DNA of 64,000 bases from Anaerovoracaceae bacterium (GTDB lineage Bacteria > Bacillota > Clostridia > Peptostreptococcales > Anaerovoracaceae): positions 8,054 to 72,053 of the forward strand of contig JAWRJF010000096.1 of the NCBI GenBank assembly GCA_040307645.1. Reading direction: 5' to 3'. The notes below the pieces were generated by a model. The model was not told where the DNA came from, did not search any database, and saw only the letters and a list, made by a program, of their open reading frames with translations. The translations under genes and the position numbers were made by a program. Position 1 is the first letter of the stretch, and each line of letters begins with the position of its first letter. Below, piece after piece: positions 9,346-19,187 of this stretch.

Positions 9346-11088
9346 ATGAAAGAAGTTTTAAAATTCTATAAGCCGTATATCGGCCTTATTATAATGTCGA
9401 TCGTTCTGTTGTTTGGCCAGGCAATGCTTGAATTAGAACTGCCAACTTATATGGCTAATATCATTAACCAAGGAATTGTAAAAGGTGACATGAATTATAT
9501 TTACAAAACCGGGGCATTAATGTTAGGCATAGCCGCTGCAATTTGCATTTTGGCTATAGGCGTAAGCTTTTTTGCCGCTAAGGTTTCATCAAAAGCCAGC
9601 AAAGGAATTAGGAGTGCTGTTTTCCATAAGGTTTCTTCCTTCTCTCCAGCAGAAATGGAATCCTTTTCCACAGCATCATTAATTACCCGTTCAACCAACG
9701 ATATTCAGCAGGTTCAAGGAGCCACTGTTATGGTTTTAAGACTAGCTGCTTTTGCTCCAGTAATGGGAATAGGTGCTTTGGTAAAAGCCTTAAATTCTAA
9801 TCTTAAGCTTTCATGGACTATTGGTCTTGCACTATTAGCCGTTGTTTGTGTACTAATATTTATGTTTATTAACACAATGCCGAAATTTAAAATAGTTCAA
9901 AAAATGATAGACAGAATTAACCTGGTGGTTAACGAAAGACTATCTGGTAATTTAGTTATCAGGGCTTTCAATACAGAGAAATACGAAGAGCAAAGATTTG
10001 AAAAGGCTAATAAAGACTATATGAAACTTAACCTTTTTATTAATAGAGCTATGGCATTTATGATGCCGGTAATGTTTCTAATTATGAACTTAACCTCTGT
10101 CCTGGTTGTGTGGGTGGGAGCAAAATACATCGACTTAGGAACAATGATGATAGGTGATGTTCTTGCCTTTATTCAGTACGCTATGATACTTATAATGTCT
10201 TTCCTTGTAATTACTATGATGTTTATTATGATTCCAAGGGCAATTGTATCTATGAATCGTATTGGTGAAGTTTTAAAAACAGATCTATCAATTACTGATC
10301 CTGATAATCCACAGGCTCTTTCTGATGAAGGCAAAGGACAACTGGTATTTAACAACGTGTATTTTAAATATCCCGATGCCGAAGATTATGTGTTAGAAGA
10401 CGTTAGCTTTACTGCAAATCCAGGCCAGACAACAGCTTTTATCGGTTCTACTGGCAGCGGTAAATCAACTTTAGTTAACTTGATTCCACGTTTTTTCGAT
10501 ACCACAGATGGTAATATCCTCTTAGACGGTGTTAATGTTAAAAACGTCAGTACCCATGCTTTGAGAGAAAAAATTGGTTACGTTCCCCAAAAAGCTTTGC
10601 TTTTTTCTGGAACTATAGGTTCAAATATCTCATATTCCGATGAGAGTATGTCCGAAGAAAGAATAGAAAAAGCAGCTTTTGTTGCTCAGGCCCAAGATTT
10701 CATATCAGAAAAAGAAAAAGGTTTTGAAGAGTACATTTCACAGGGTGGAAGCAATGTCTCCGGTGGTCAGAAGCAAAGGCTTTCTATTGCAAGAGCCTTA
10801 GCAAAAGATGCTCAGATTTTAATCTTTGACGATAGTTTTTCAGCATTAGACTTCGCCACAGATGCAGCTCTAAGAAAGTCCCTTAAACAATACTTTAGTG
10901 ACAAAAATATTTTGATTGTAGCCCAAAGAATTAATACTATTATGGATGCTGACCAGATTATAGTATTAGACGAGGGCAAGGTTGTAGGTTCGGGAACCCA
11001 TAACCAGCTACTAAAATCATGTTCCGTATATAGAGAAATTGCAGCATCACAGCTGGATTTAGATAAGCTGTCAGGAGGTGAATGCTAA
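9346..11088 (+). CDS. ABC exporter permease/ATPase fusion, subunit with degenerate catalytic site
   Basis: 580 aa. Six-TM domain plus NBD: Walker A GSTGSGKST, signature VSGGQKQR. Its Walker B is ILIFDDS, with Asp in place of the catalytic Glu. Confidence 0.9.
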   Translation: MKEVLKFYKPYIGLIIMSIVLLFGQAMLELELPTYMANIINQGIVKGDMNYIYKTGALMLGIAAAICILAIGVSFFAAKVSSKASKGIRSAVFHKVSSFSPAEMESFSTASLITRSTNDIQQVQGATVMVLRLAAFAPVMGIGALVKALNSNLKLSWTIGLALLAVVCVLIFMFINTMPKFKIVQKMIDRINLVVNERLSGNLVIRAFNTEKYEEQRFEKANKDYMKLNLFINRAMAFMMPVMFLIMNLTSVLVVWVGAKYIDLGTMMIGDVLAFIQYAMILIMSFLVITMMFIMIPRAIVSMNRIGEVLKTDLSITDPDNPQALSDEGKGQLVFNNVYFKYPDAEDYVLEDVSFTANPGQTTAFIGSTGSGKSTLVNLIPRFFDTTDGNILLDGVNVKNVSTHALREKIGYVPQKALLFSGTIGSNISYSDESMSEERIEKAAFVAQAQDFISEKEKGFEEYISQGGSNVSGGQKQRLSIARALAKDAQILIFDDSFSALDFATDAALRKSLKQYFSDKNILIVAQRINTIMDADQIIVLDEGKVVGSGTHNQLLKSCSVYREIAASQLDLDKLSGGEC

Positions 11089-12923
11089 TGGATAATAAGA
11101 ATAAACCAATAAGAAGAAACGGTCCTGGCTCAGGTCATGGCCCAATGGGGATGATGCCAGGTGAAAAAGCTAAGGATTTTAAAGGTACAATGAAAACCTT
11201 ATATAGCTATTTAAAGCCTTTTCGTTTCAGGATTGCAGTTGTATTTATTTTTTCAATTGTAAGTACTGTATTCTCTATTGTATCACCTAAAATACTTGGT
11301 AAAGCTACCGATAAGATTTTTGAGGGACTTATGTCCCCTCTTGGCATAGATTTCAAAGCTCTAGGTTTAATAGTCTTATTTTTAGTAGGGCTTTACCTTA
11401 TAAGTTTTGGCTTTAGTTTTGCGCAAGGGTTTATTATGGCCACTGTATCCCAAAAAATCACATATAATTTAAGGGAAGCCATGTCTGCTAAAATTGACAG
11501 ACTCCCTCTAAAATATTTCGATTCTCGCACTAATGGGGAAATACAAAGCCGCTTTACCAACGATATCGAAACACTAAACCAGTCTCTTTCACAGAGTATA
11601 ACTCAAATTATTACCAGTACAGTGACTATTATAGGTATTATCATAATGATGTTTTCCATAAATTTCTTTATGACTTTAGTTGCCCTATTATCACTGCCGA
11701 TTTCTATGATTTTAATTAAAGTAATTATAGGTCATTCTCAAAAACACTTTAAAAATCAGCAAAAGTATTTAGGAGATGCTAATAGCCATGTGGAAGAAAT
11801 GTATAATGGGCACATTATAGTGCAGGCCTTTAACAGACAGGAGCAATCAACTGAAGCCTTTGATGATATTAATGATAAGCTCTGTGAGTCTGCTTTTAAA
11901 TCACAGTTCTTCTCAGGAATGATGCAACCTCTCTCTGGACTTGTGGGAAATCTATCCTATGTACTAATATGTATATTAGGTGGTAAGCTTGCTCTTAGCG
12001 GAAAAGTAACTATTGGTAATATACAATCATTTATCCAATATATTCGTTCTTTCAATCAGCCTATAACAATGCTTGCTAATGTTGCAAATGTATTGCAATC
12101 CACAGCAGCTGCCGCTGAAAGAATTTTTGAGCTCTTAGATGAAGAAGAGGAAGTAGAGACTTATACTGAAGAGACTCGCGCTACCATTGATTTTAATAAT
12201 TTTAAAGGTGATATTACTTTTGAAAAGGTCTCCTTTGGTTATGGAGATACACCGGTTATCAAGGATTTTAATTTTTCTGTTAAGGCAGGTCAACGTATTG
12301 CAATCGTTGGTCCTACAGGAGCCGGCAAAACAACCATAGTGAAGCTACTTCTTCGTTTCTATGAGCTACACTCAGGACGCATTCTAATTGATGGGGTAGA
12401 TATTAAGAATTATTCTAGAAAAGATCTTCGTGATTTGTTTGGCATGGTTTTACAAGACACTTGGCTATACAGTGGCAGTGTAATGGATAATATCAGATAC
12501 GGAAACATGAATGCCAGCGATGAAGAAGTAAAGAAAGCTGCAAAAGCTGCTCATATACACCATTTTATAAAAACACAGCCAAAGGGCTATGATATGGAAA
12601 TAAATGAAGAATCTTCTAATATATCACAAGGTCAAAAGCAGCTACTCACCATTGCTCGTGCTATATTAGCTGATAACCCTATTATGATCTTAGATGAAGC
12701 AACTAGCTCCGTAGATACTAGAACCGAAACATTGATTCAAAAAGCTATGGCAAACCTAATGGAAAACCGTACTAGTTTTATTATTGCACACCGACTGTCA
12801 ACAATTAAAGATGCCGATGAAATTCTAGTAATAGACAATGGAAACATCGTAGAACACGGTTCCCATACCCAGCTTCTAGAAAAAGGCGGGGCATATGCAA
12901 AACTTTATAATAGTCAATTTTAA
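11088..12923 (+). CDS. ABC exporter permease/ATPase fusion, canonical-site subunit
   Basis: TMD plus NBD: Walker A GPTGAGKTT, Walker B IMILDEATS, deviant signature ISQGQKQ. I moved the start to the ATG at 11088 because it is 9 nt from GGAGG; the track ATG at 11082 is only 3 nt away. Confidence 0.9.
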   Translation: MDNKNKPIRRNGPGSGHGPMGMMPGEKAKDFKGTMKTLYSYLKPFRFRIAVVFIFSIVSTVFSIVSPKILGKATDKIFEGLMSPLGIDFKALGLIVLFLVGLYLISFGFSFAQGFIMATVSQKITYNLREAMSAKIDRLPLKYFDSRTNGEIQSRFTNDIETLNQSLSQSITQIITSTVTIIGIIIMMFSINFFMTLVALLSLPISMILIKVIIGHSQKHFKNQQKYLGDANSHVEEMYNGHIIVQAFNRQEQSTEAFDDINDKLCESAFKSQFFSGMMQPLSGLVGNLSYVLICILGGKLALSGKVTIGNIQSFIQYIRSFNQPITMLANVANVLQSTAAAAERIFELLDEEEEVETYTEETRATIDFNNFKGDITFEKVSFGYGDTPVIKDFNFSVKAGQRIAIVGPTGAGKTTIVKLLLRFYELHSGRILIDGVDIKNYSRKDLRDLFGMVLQDTWLYSGSVMDNIRYGNMNASDEEVKKAAKAAHIHHFIKTQPKGYDMEINEESSNISQGQKQLLTIARAILADNPIMILDEATSSVDTRTETLIQKAMANLMENRTSFIIAHRLSTIKDADEILVIDNGNIVEHGSHTQLLEKGGAYAKLYNSQF

Positions 12924-12970
12924 CACTGAGCTAGACCCGCTCCTTAGAAAACTGAAATATAACATAAAAA

Positions 12971-12999
12971 CTGAGCACTTTTCATGTGCTCAGTTTTTT
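12971..12999. terminator. Bidirectional rho-independent terminator
   Basis: CTGAGCAC-TTTTCAT-GTGCTCAG flanked by an A-run and TTTTTT. It sits between the convergent ABC and aspartate kinase genes. Confidence 0.75.
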
Positions 13000-13001
13000 A
13001 A

Positions 13002-14318
13002 TTACTTATCTTCAAAAGCCTCATATATTGCTTTTATAGCTCTCTCAAATTCTGTGTTCTCTACTCCAACGATAATATTCATTTCGCTTGATCCTTGATC
13101 TATCATCCTGATATTTACATCTGCATTTGCAAGAGCTGTAAACAAGGTTGCTGATACACCTTTTCTTCTATTCATACCACAACCTACTGTAGCAATTAAC
13201 GCCATATTATCGAAAACCTCCATAGTATCAGGATCCAGCTGCCTTTGGAAAGCTTCAAGAAGTTCATCAAGCCTGCCATCAACACTTTTTTTAGATACAA
13301 CAACAGATACAGTGTCTATTCCACTTGGAAGATGTTCAAAAGAAATGTCAAAGTCCTCTAAGATTGCAAGAATTCTTCTTACAAAACCTCTTTCTGTACT
13401 CATCATATTCTTATATATTGCAATTACAGTGAAATCCTTATTTCCTGCGATGCCTGTAATAATCTGATTATTACTTTCGTCATGCTCAGCTGTAATAAAT
13501 GTTCCCAGATCTTCAGGGTCATTAGTATTTCTTATATTAATTGGGATATTAGCAACCCTTGCAGGGTAAATAGCATCTTCATGTAAAACAGATGCCCCCA
13601 TATAAGATAACTCCCTTAATTCCTTGTAAGATATTGTATGAATTGGTTTTGGATTCTTTACAATTCTAGGATCTGCCATTAAAAATCCTGAAACATCAGT
13701 CCAGTTTTCATATACATCAGCACCTACAGCTCTAGCAACAAGTGATCCTGTAATATCAGAGCCGCCTCTTGAAAATGTTTTTACATCCCCATCCGGTGTA
13801 CTTCCATAAAAACCAGGCAAAACGGCCCTTTCATGTTTAGAAAGTTCTGCACGCAAAGCCTCATCCGTTTCTTCCATTAGAAACTTCCCTTTTTCATCAA
13901 ATTTAATTAGCCCCTGAGTATCAACAAAGTCATATCCTAAGAACGCTGCAATTAATACTGCATTTAAATACTCTCCACGGCTTGCAATATAATCTGCTGA
14001 AGCACCCTTTCGCAAATTATCTTTAATTTCTTCGAAATGCTTTAATAAATCTACCTTAATTCCTAAATTTATTTCAACAGCCATATATCTGTCTGCAACA
14101 ACTTGAAATACCTGATCATAAGGAAGGTTGTGTTCCATATGGGTCTTGCATAAGTATAAAAGATCGGTTATCTTATTATCTCCTTCATATCTTTTGCCCG
14201 GCGCAGAAACAACAATATACTTTCTTTCAGGGTCGGCTTCAATTATCTGTTTGGTCTTGGTTAGCTGGATACCGTCCGCTACTGATGATCCGCCAAATTT
14301 TGCTACTTTTATTCCCAT
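13002..14318 (-). CDS. Aspartate kinase
   Basis: 438 aa. MGIKVAKFGGSSV amino-acid-kinase N-terminus and C-terminal ACT-like repeats. Confidence 0.9.
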   Translation of the reverse strand: MGIKVAKFGGSSVADGIQLTKTKQIIEADPERKYIVVSAPGKRYEGDNKITDLLYLCKTHMEHNLPYDQVFQVVADRYMAVEINLGIKVDLLKHFEEIKDNLRKGASADYIASRGEYLNAVLIAAFLGYDFVDTQGLIKFDEKGKFLMEETDEALRAELSKHERAVLPGFYGSTPDGDVKTFSRGGSDITGSLVARAVGADVYENWTDVSGFLMADPRIVKNPKPIHTISYKELRELSYMGASVLHEDAIYPARVANIPINIRNTNDPEDLGTFITAEHDESNNQIITGIAGNKDFTVIAIYKNMMSTERGFVRRILAILEDFDISFEHLPSGIDTVSVVVSKKSVDGRLDELLEAFQRQLDPDTMEVFDNMALIATVGCGMNRRKGVSATLFTALANADVNIRMIDQGSSEMNIIVGVENTEFERAIKAIYEAFEDK

Positions 14319-14396
14319 TTAGATTTTACCTCCTATAAAACAATATAAGCAATTATATTACAAAGGTGCATGGGAATGCAATAGTTTTAAATGAGT

Positions 14397-15305
14397 TTAT
14401 CTGAGGCTCACATATATTACGAAAAGTATATAAAGCAAAACAGCAATTATTCCGTCTGCTCTATTAGTAGCTTTATGATTCCATGCAAAGAAACACATAA
14501 TGCCAGTTGCAATCAACATTATTCCCACATCTGCTATAGCATACATGGTACATTGTATCGGATTAATAATTGAAGCTGCTCCTAATACAACTAAAATATT
14601 AAAAATATTTGATCCTAAAACATTTCCCACAGCTATATCGTACTCCCCTTTTTTAGCCGCAATGAAAGATGTCATAAGTTCGGGAAGCGACGTTCCAATG
14701 GCTAAAACTGTAAGAGCCATAAGGCCTTGTGTCATTCCCAATTCCTTTGCGATAACAGAACCACTGTCAACTACGAATCTCCCTCCAACAACTACAAAAG
14801 CAAGTCCTATGATTAAAAAAGCTCCACTCTTAAAAGTTGGTTTATAGCTATGCTTTTCTCTTACTTCAGACATGTCTTTAGCCATCATATATGCGTACAC
14901 TAAGAAAAATAGTATCATAATAATACCTTCTACTCTAACCAAATTGTGATTACTTAGCATTATTAAAAACACCATTATAGTAGACATCTGCCAAGGAAAA
15001 TCTCTCTTTAGAATGTCTTCGTGAGTCGGCATATTTTTCATAAATGCACATACACCAATAATAAATAAAATATTGAAGATATTAGTACCAATAATCGTCC
15101 CGATAGCAATTTCGTTATTTCGTTCAATAGCTGCAGTAATAGTTACAGCTGCCTCTGGTATGCTAGTTCCAATGGCAACGATAGATAAACCAATTACAAT
15201 TTTAGGTACTTTAATTATAGTTGCAACTGTAGCCGCTCCATCAACCAGCCAGATACCTCCTGCAACAAGCATTGCGAGTCCCACTAACAAATATACATAT
15301 TCCAT
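14397..15305 (-). CDS. CaCA-family sodium/calcium exchanger membrane protein (YrbG-like)
   Basis: 302 aa with duplicated alpha-repeat motifs GTSIPEAAVT and GTSLPELMTS. Confidence 0.85.
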   Translation of the reverse strand: MEYVYLLVGLAMLVAGGIWLVDGAATVATIIKVPKIVIGLSIVAIGTSIPEAAVTITAAIERNNEIAIGTIIGTNIFNILFIIGVCAFMKNMPTHEDILKRDFPWQMSTIMVFLIMLSNHNLVRVEGIIMILFFLVYAYMMAKDMSEVREKHSYKPTFKSGAFLIIGLAFVVVGGRFVVDSGSVIAKELGMTQGLMALTVLAIGTSLPELMTSFIAAKKGEYDIAVGNVLGSNIFNILVVLGAASIINPIQCTMYAIADVGIMLIATGIMCFFAWNHKATNRADGIIAVLLYILFVIYVSLR

Positions 15306-15365
15306 ATCTACACCCTCTTAAAAGTAACAATAATTATAGTAATAATAATATTAATACTACCATTA

Positions 15366-15413
15366 TAAAATAAAAAGACTCCTAAAGTAAATATATTTAC
15401 TAAAAGAAGTCTT
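15366..15413 (-). terminator. Probable terminator after metK
   Basis: Imperfect long hairpin AAGACTTCTTTTAGTAAAT/ATTTACTTTAGGAGTCTT, followed by TTTTATTTTA on the minus strand. Confidence 0.5.
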
Positions 15414-15428
15414 AATTATTTAATATGT

Positions 15429-16613
15429 TTATAGTTTAGCGTCCTTTTTTAGGATTTCAGCCTTATCTGTATGCTCCCAAGGGATGTCAATATCTGTTCT
15501 TCCAAAATGACCATATGCTGCAACCTGTCTGTAGATAGGTCTTCTTAGTTCTAAATCTCTGATAATTGCAGCTGGACGAAGGTCAAAGTGTTTTTCTATA
15601 AGCTCTACGATTTTTTCGTCTTCTATCTTACCTGTACCAAAGGTTTCAACCATAATTGAAACAGGTTTTGCAACACCAATAGCGTATGCAAGCTCAATTT
15701 CGCATTTGTCTGCGATACCGGCTGCAACAATATTTTTTGCTACGTATCTTGCCGCATATGTGGCTGAACGGTCAACCTTAGTAGGGTCTTTTCCTGAGAA
15801 AGCTCCGCCGCCATGTCTAGCATATCCACCATAAGTGTCTACAATAATCTTTCTTCCTGTCAACCCAGAGTCTCCATTAGGACCACCTATTACAAATCTT
15901 CCTGTTGGATTAACATAATACTTTGTTTCGTCATCAAGAAGTTCTACCGGTATAATAGGTTTTATTACATATTCGATCAAATCTTTTCTGATCTGTTCCT
16001 GAGTCACGTCTGGGTCATGCTGTGTAGAAACAAGTACTGTATCTATTCTCTTTACAGCATCACCATCATATTCAACAGTAACCTGAGTTTTACCATCAGG
16101 TCTTAGGTACTTAAGTGTACCGTCTTTTCTGATTTTTGTAAGTTGCATTGCAAGTTTGTGAGCAAGTGCAATTGGCATTGGCATTAATTCTGGAGTTTCA
16201 TTGCAAGCATATCCAAACATAATTCCCTGGTCTCCTGCACCAATAGTGTCAATCTTGTCATCTAAAGTACCTTCCTTGTACTCTAAGGCCTTATCAACTC
16301 CCATTGCAATGTCACCCGACTGCTCATCGATAGCAGTTAGAATAGCACAAGTATTTCCATCAAAGCCATACTCACTTCTATCGTATCCGATATCAGTGAT
16401 AACATTTCTAACGATTCTTGGAATGTCTATATAACAATCGGTACTGATTTCTCCCATTACCATTGCGTATCCTGTATTTGTTGTTGTTTCTGCAGCTACT
16501 CTTCCATAAGGATCCTTTTCAAAAATTGCATCTAAGATTGCATCTGAAATCTGGTCGCACATTTTATCTGGATGTCCTTCAGTAACTGATTCTGATGTGA
16601 ATAATTTCTTCAT
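15429..16613 (-). CDS. metK: S-adenosylmethionine synthetase
   Basis: 394 aa. [19 protein letters not shown] and GGGAFSGKD signature motifs. Confidence 0.97.
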   Translation of the reverse strand: MKKLFTSESVTEGHPDKMCDQISDAILDAIFEKDPYGRVAAETTTNTGYAMVMGEISTDCYIDIPRIVRNVITDIGYDRSEYGFDGNTCAILTAIDEQSGDIAMGVDKALEYKEGTLDDKIDTIGAGDQGIMFGYACNETPELMPMPIALAHKLAMQLTKIRKDGTLKYLRPDGKTQVTVEYDGDAVKRIDTVLVSTQHDPDVTQEQIRKDLIEYVIKPIIPVELLDDETKYYVNPTGRFVIGGPNGDSGLTGRKIIVDTYGGYARHGGGAFSGKDPTKVDRSATYAARYVAKNIVAAGIADKCEIELAYAIGVAKPVSIMVETFGTGKIEDEKIVELIEKHFDLRPAAIIRDLELRRPIYRQVAAYGHFGRTDIDIPWEHTDKAEILKKDAKL

Positions 16614-16668
16614 CTTCTTACCTCCCTAGTTTTTACATTTAAACCCTTATCCCAAATATCTATAAATC

Positions 16669-16835
16669 AAAAACCTCTCCTGATAAAGAAGAGGTGATAT
16701 TTGTGTTATCATTCCTCATCTTTCAGAATAAGATATTCTGTAGGATTTAGCACCTTTTCTGTCTATATATAACACATATAACACCTAGGTTGCTGGGCGT
16801 CTTCGGGCCTATTCCCTCAGCCACTCTTGATAAGG
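16669..16835 (-). promoter_or_regulatory. SAM-I (S-box) riboswitch with terminator
   Basis: Minus strand reads CCTTATCAAGAGTGGCTGAGGGAATAGGCCCGAAGACGCCCAGCAACC...AAGGTGCTAAATCCTACAG...GAAAGATGAGG. P1 is CCTTATC/GATGAGG. The terminator CCTCTTCTTTATCAGGAGAGG plus TTTTT follows at 16669-16694. Confidence 0.9.
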
Positions 16836-16947
16836 ATTCTATTTACTTACCCTAATTATAAGCTTTATTGAGTTTCTTTGTCAATGGCATATTGTATTTT
16901 TACAGAAATAGGATATACTCTATTTAGACATTAAAGAGAGGTATTAG

Positions 16948-18129
16948 ATGAAAAATAACAAACTAACCGTAATTAGAGGCGGTCTTGCTGAAACCGCAAT
17001 AAAAAGTTCTAAAATTTTTGAATCAGCGTACATTACAGATACTCGCCTGATGGGAGTATTAAGCATGTATGTCCACTGGAAGCTTCCTGACAATCCAACA
17101 ATGAAGGATCTCCATCAATTTTTTTATTTTGATGCAGAGGAATATGGATTTGAAAGTTACAAAAGTGTACTGGGCAATAATATTGACGAAATAGAAGCCA
17201 TAGAATACGCTTTGATTGGTGGCCTTGGTGGACAAAAAATTAATATCAACGAAAGAGAAGCCAGATACTTACTTCAAGAATATGTATCTTACAATAAAAC
17301 TGCTGACATTCCACTTCCAGATGAAATTAAAGAATACGATTTCATGTTAGAGCCAAAAATTAAACTTAGTCAACCTGAGGAATATATTTTGATGTCCAAA
17401 GAATGTAAAAAAATTCAGTCTGAATATGAGCTTGTCAATTACTTTATGATGAGATGTATTGGAAGAGATTTTGTGGCCGCTAAATTTTTGATTAACAATA
17501 GTTTTAATTTAGATCTGTATCCGGAATTTGGTCCTGCCACTTTATGCAAAAACACCTTAGATCCTGCGCCTCAAGAAAATGCATTAATAAGTGAATCTTT
17601 AATAGATTATAACGATACATATTATATCGTAATCTCTCATATCACTTTTAATGGACTTTCAATTGAGAAATATGAACGTGTATCTACATTTAAAATCACC
17701 CCTCAAGAGGCCTCTATGATGCTTTCCAGACCGGAATATATATCCGTATATGAGTTTATTGGCGACACAGAAGACTTTGATTCTCAAACTACTAAACACA
17801 CAGAAAAGGCTATGATCACTGTTCATGATTCAGGGAAATTATTTATGATCTTTCATCAAAATAACCAGCATGTTGACCAGCGAATATATAGGCTTAATGA
17901 AGATGTGTATGGTGTGTATTTTATTTCAGATTATGGTCAGCTCCTAGTTGCAGCTTATAGTTTAGAAGAGATCAATGTTTTAGAAAAGGAACTTAGGTAT
18001 TCTAAGGTAGCGCCTTATTTAATACCCAGCTCTAAATATGAATTCAAAGAGCCGGTACTATATGAATTTGTCAACAGTGGAATGGAAGATTTCGAAGATT
18101 TTGTCGAATTAATTTCAGATGATTTCTAA
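16948..18129 (+). CDS. Hypothetical protein, no recognisable motif
   Basis: 393-aa acidic soluble ORF with AGAGAGG-type RBS context. It is divergent from the metK leader. I recognise no catalytic or binding motif. Confidence 0.6.
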   Translation: MKNNKLTVIRGGLAETAIKSSKIFESAYITDTRLMGVLSMYVHWKLPDNPTMKDLHQFFYFDAEEYGFESYKSVLGNNIDEIEAIEYALIGGLGGQKININEREARYLLQEYVSYNKTADIPLPDEIKEYDFMLEPKIKLSQPEEYILMSKECKKIQSEYELVNYFMMRCIGRDFVAAKFLINNSFNLDLYPEFGPATLCKNTLDPAPQENALISESLIDYNDTYYIVISHITFNGLSIEKYERVSTFKITPQEASMMLSRPEYISVYEFIGDTEDFDSQTTKHTEKAMITVHDSGKLFMIFHQNNQHVDQRIYRLNEDVYGVYFISDYGQLLVAAYSLEEINVLEKELRYSKVAPYLIPSSKYEFKEPVLYEFVNSGMEDFEDFVELISDDF

Positions 18130-18214
18130 CCAGTATTATGTAAACCCTTGTTCGCTACTTTGCAAACGTTTTTCAACAATGGCCAAGACCTTAATTTTTA
18201 GAGGATTACAGTGT

Positions 18215-18347
18215 TTATCCACAAGTAAACCTAAAATTGTATACAATTAATTCCACATGAGTATGAGGATAACTTTACAGTCTATAAACTTTTATATTCC
18301 AATGTTTATCGACTTCCTTATCAATCTTTTATATAAAGTTATCCACA
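18215..18347. promoter_or_regulatory. Cluster of DnaA boxes in a convergent intergenic region
   Basis: Perfect TTATCCACA at 18215-18223 and 18339-18347. TTATCCTCA (one mismatch, opposite strand) at 18264-18272. TTATCGACT (two mismatches) at 18306-18314. Confidence 0.4.
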
Positions 18348-18367
18348 TACTTTTCATTATATTATTT

Positions 18368-19129
18368 TCAACTTTTTCTCTGTTCACCGCTATCGATAAC
18401 TTTCAATCTTTTTTGAATATTTATACCGTAGTATTTTGCAATTCCACCCATGATACTCCTTGCAATTTTTTGTTGGAATGCTGGGGCTTTCAAGTTCTTT
18501 TCATCGTCAAAATTCGACAAAAATCCACACTCTACAAGAATAATTGGTGTATATACATCTTTAAATAAATATATATCATTTTTTGCCATGGCAAAACGCT
18601 CTTTCCCATCGTCAATACTTGCTTCTAAAGCTTTTTGCACTGACTCTGCAATGGCCTTTCCAGATGCTGCAACCATTTGTTCGTCTGCATATTTTGGATA
18701 AAACACCTGTGCGCCCCTTACCCTTTTGTCTTCTTTAAAGCTGTTCAGGTGTATGCTAACGGTCAAGTCCGGTTTTACTTCATCTATTATTTTTTTCCGT
18801 CCTTTTAGATCCTGTATTTTTTTACTGCGTATTACACTGTTATTTTCATCGTAGAGGCCTATATCCTCTTCCCTGGTCATTACTACTCTAAAGCCATACT
18901 TCTCAGCTTCCTTGCGCAATTCCTTAGCTATTTCAAGGTTTATATTCTTTTCTTGAATTCCCGACTCTGAGCTTGCGCCTCCATCCATTCCTCCATGTCC
19001 TGGGTCAATAACCATTACTTTCTGATTCCTCATTTCATTTGAAATCAAAACAAAGCTTTTATAAGATGGTGTCATAAATATTATGCCTATTATCAGTGCC
19101 CCTATAAGTACCCTTTTAATTTTCATCAA
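18368..19129 (-). CDS. cwlD: N-acetylmuramoyl-L-alanine amidase, CwlD-like (Amidase_3)
   Basis: 253 aa. N-terminal TM anchor, VIDPGHGGMDGGA motif and later SIHLNS and ILVECGFLSN motifs. Confidence 0.8.
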   Translation of the reverse strand: MMKIKRVLIGALIIGIIFMTPSYKSFVLISNEMRNQKVMVIDPGHGGMDGGASSESGIQEKNINLEIAKELRKEAEKYGFRVVMTREEDIGLYDENNSVIRSKKIQDLKGRKKIIDEVKPDLTVSIHLNSFKEDKRVRGAQVFYPKYADEQMVAASGKAIAESVQKALEASIDDGKERFAMAKNDIYLFKDVYTPIILVECGFLSNFDDEKNLKAPAFQQKIARSIMGGIAKYYGINIQKRLKVIDSGEQRKS

Positions 19130-19187
19130 AATCCCCCTTAAATCAATTAATATGATATAATTCTTATACGTTGGAGGTGCTTATGTT

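Noticed and set aside
18130-18367. Replication origin (oriC)
   Set aside because: DnaA boxes are present, but dnaA/dnaN or other origin-flanking genes are absent and there is no AT-rich 13-mer-like unwinding element. The surrounding strand bias does not switch here. I report it only as a non-origin DnaA-box cluster.
18257-18568. 103-aa plus-strand ORF spanning the DnaA-box region and the 3' end of cwlD
   Set aside because: It has low-complexity Phe/Ile/Leu-rich composition typical of AT-rich noise and no RBS. It overlaps the well-supported cwlD gene antisense.
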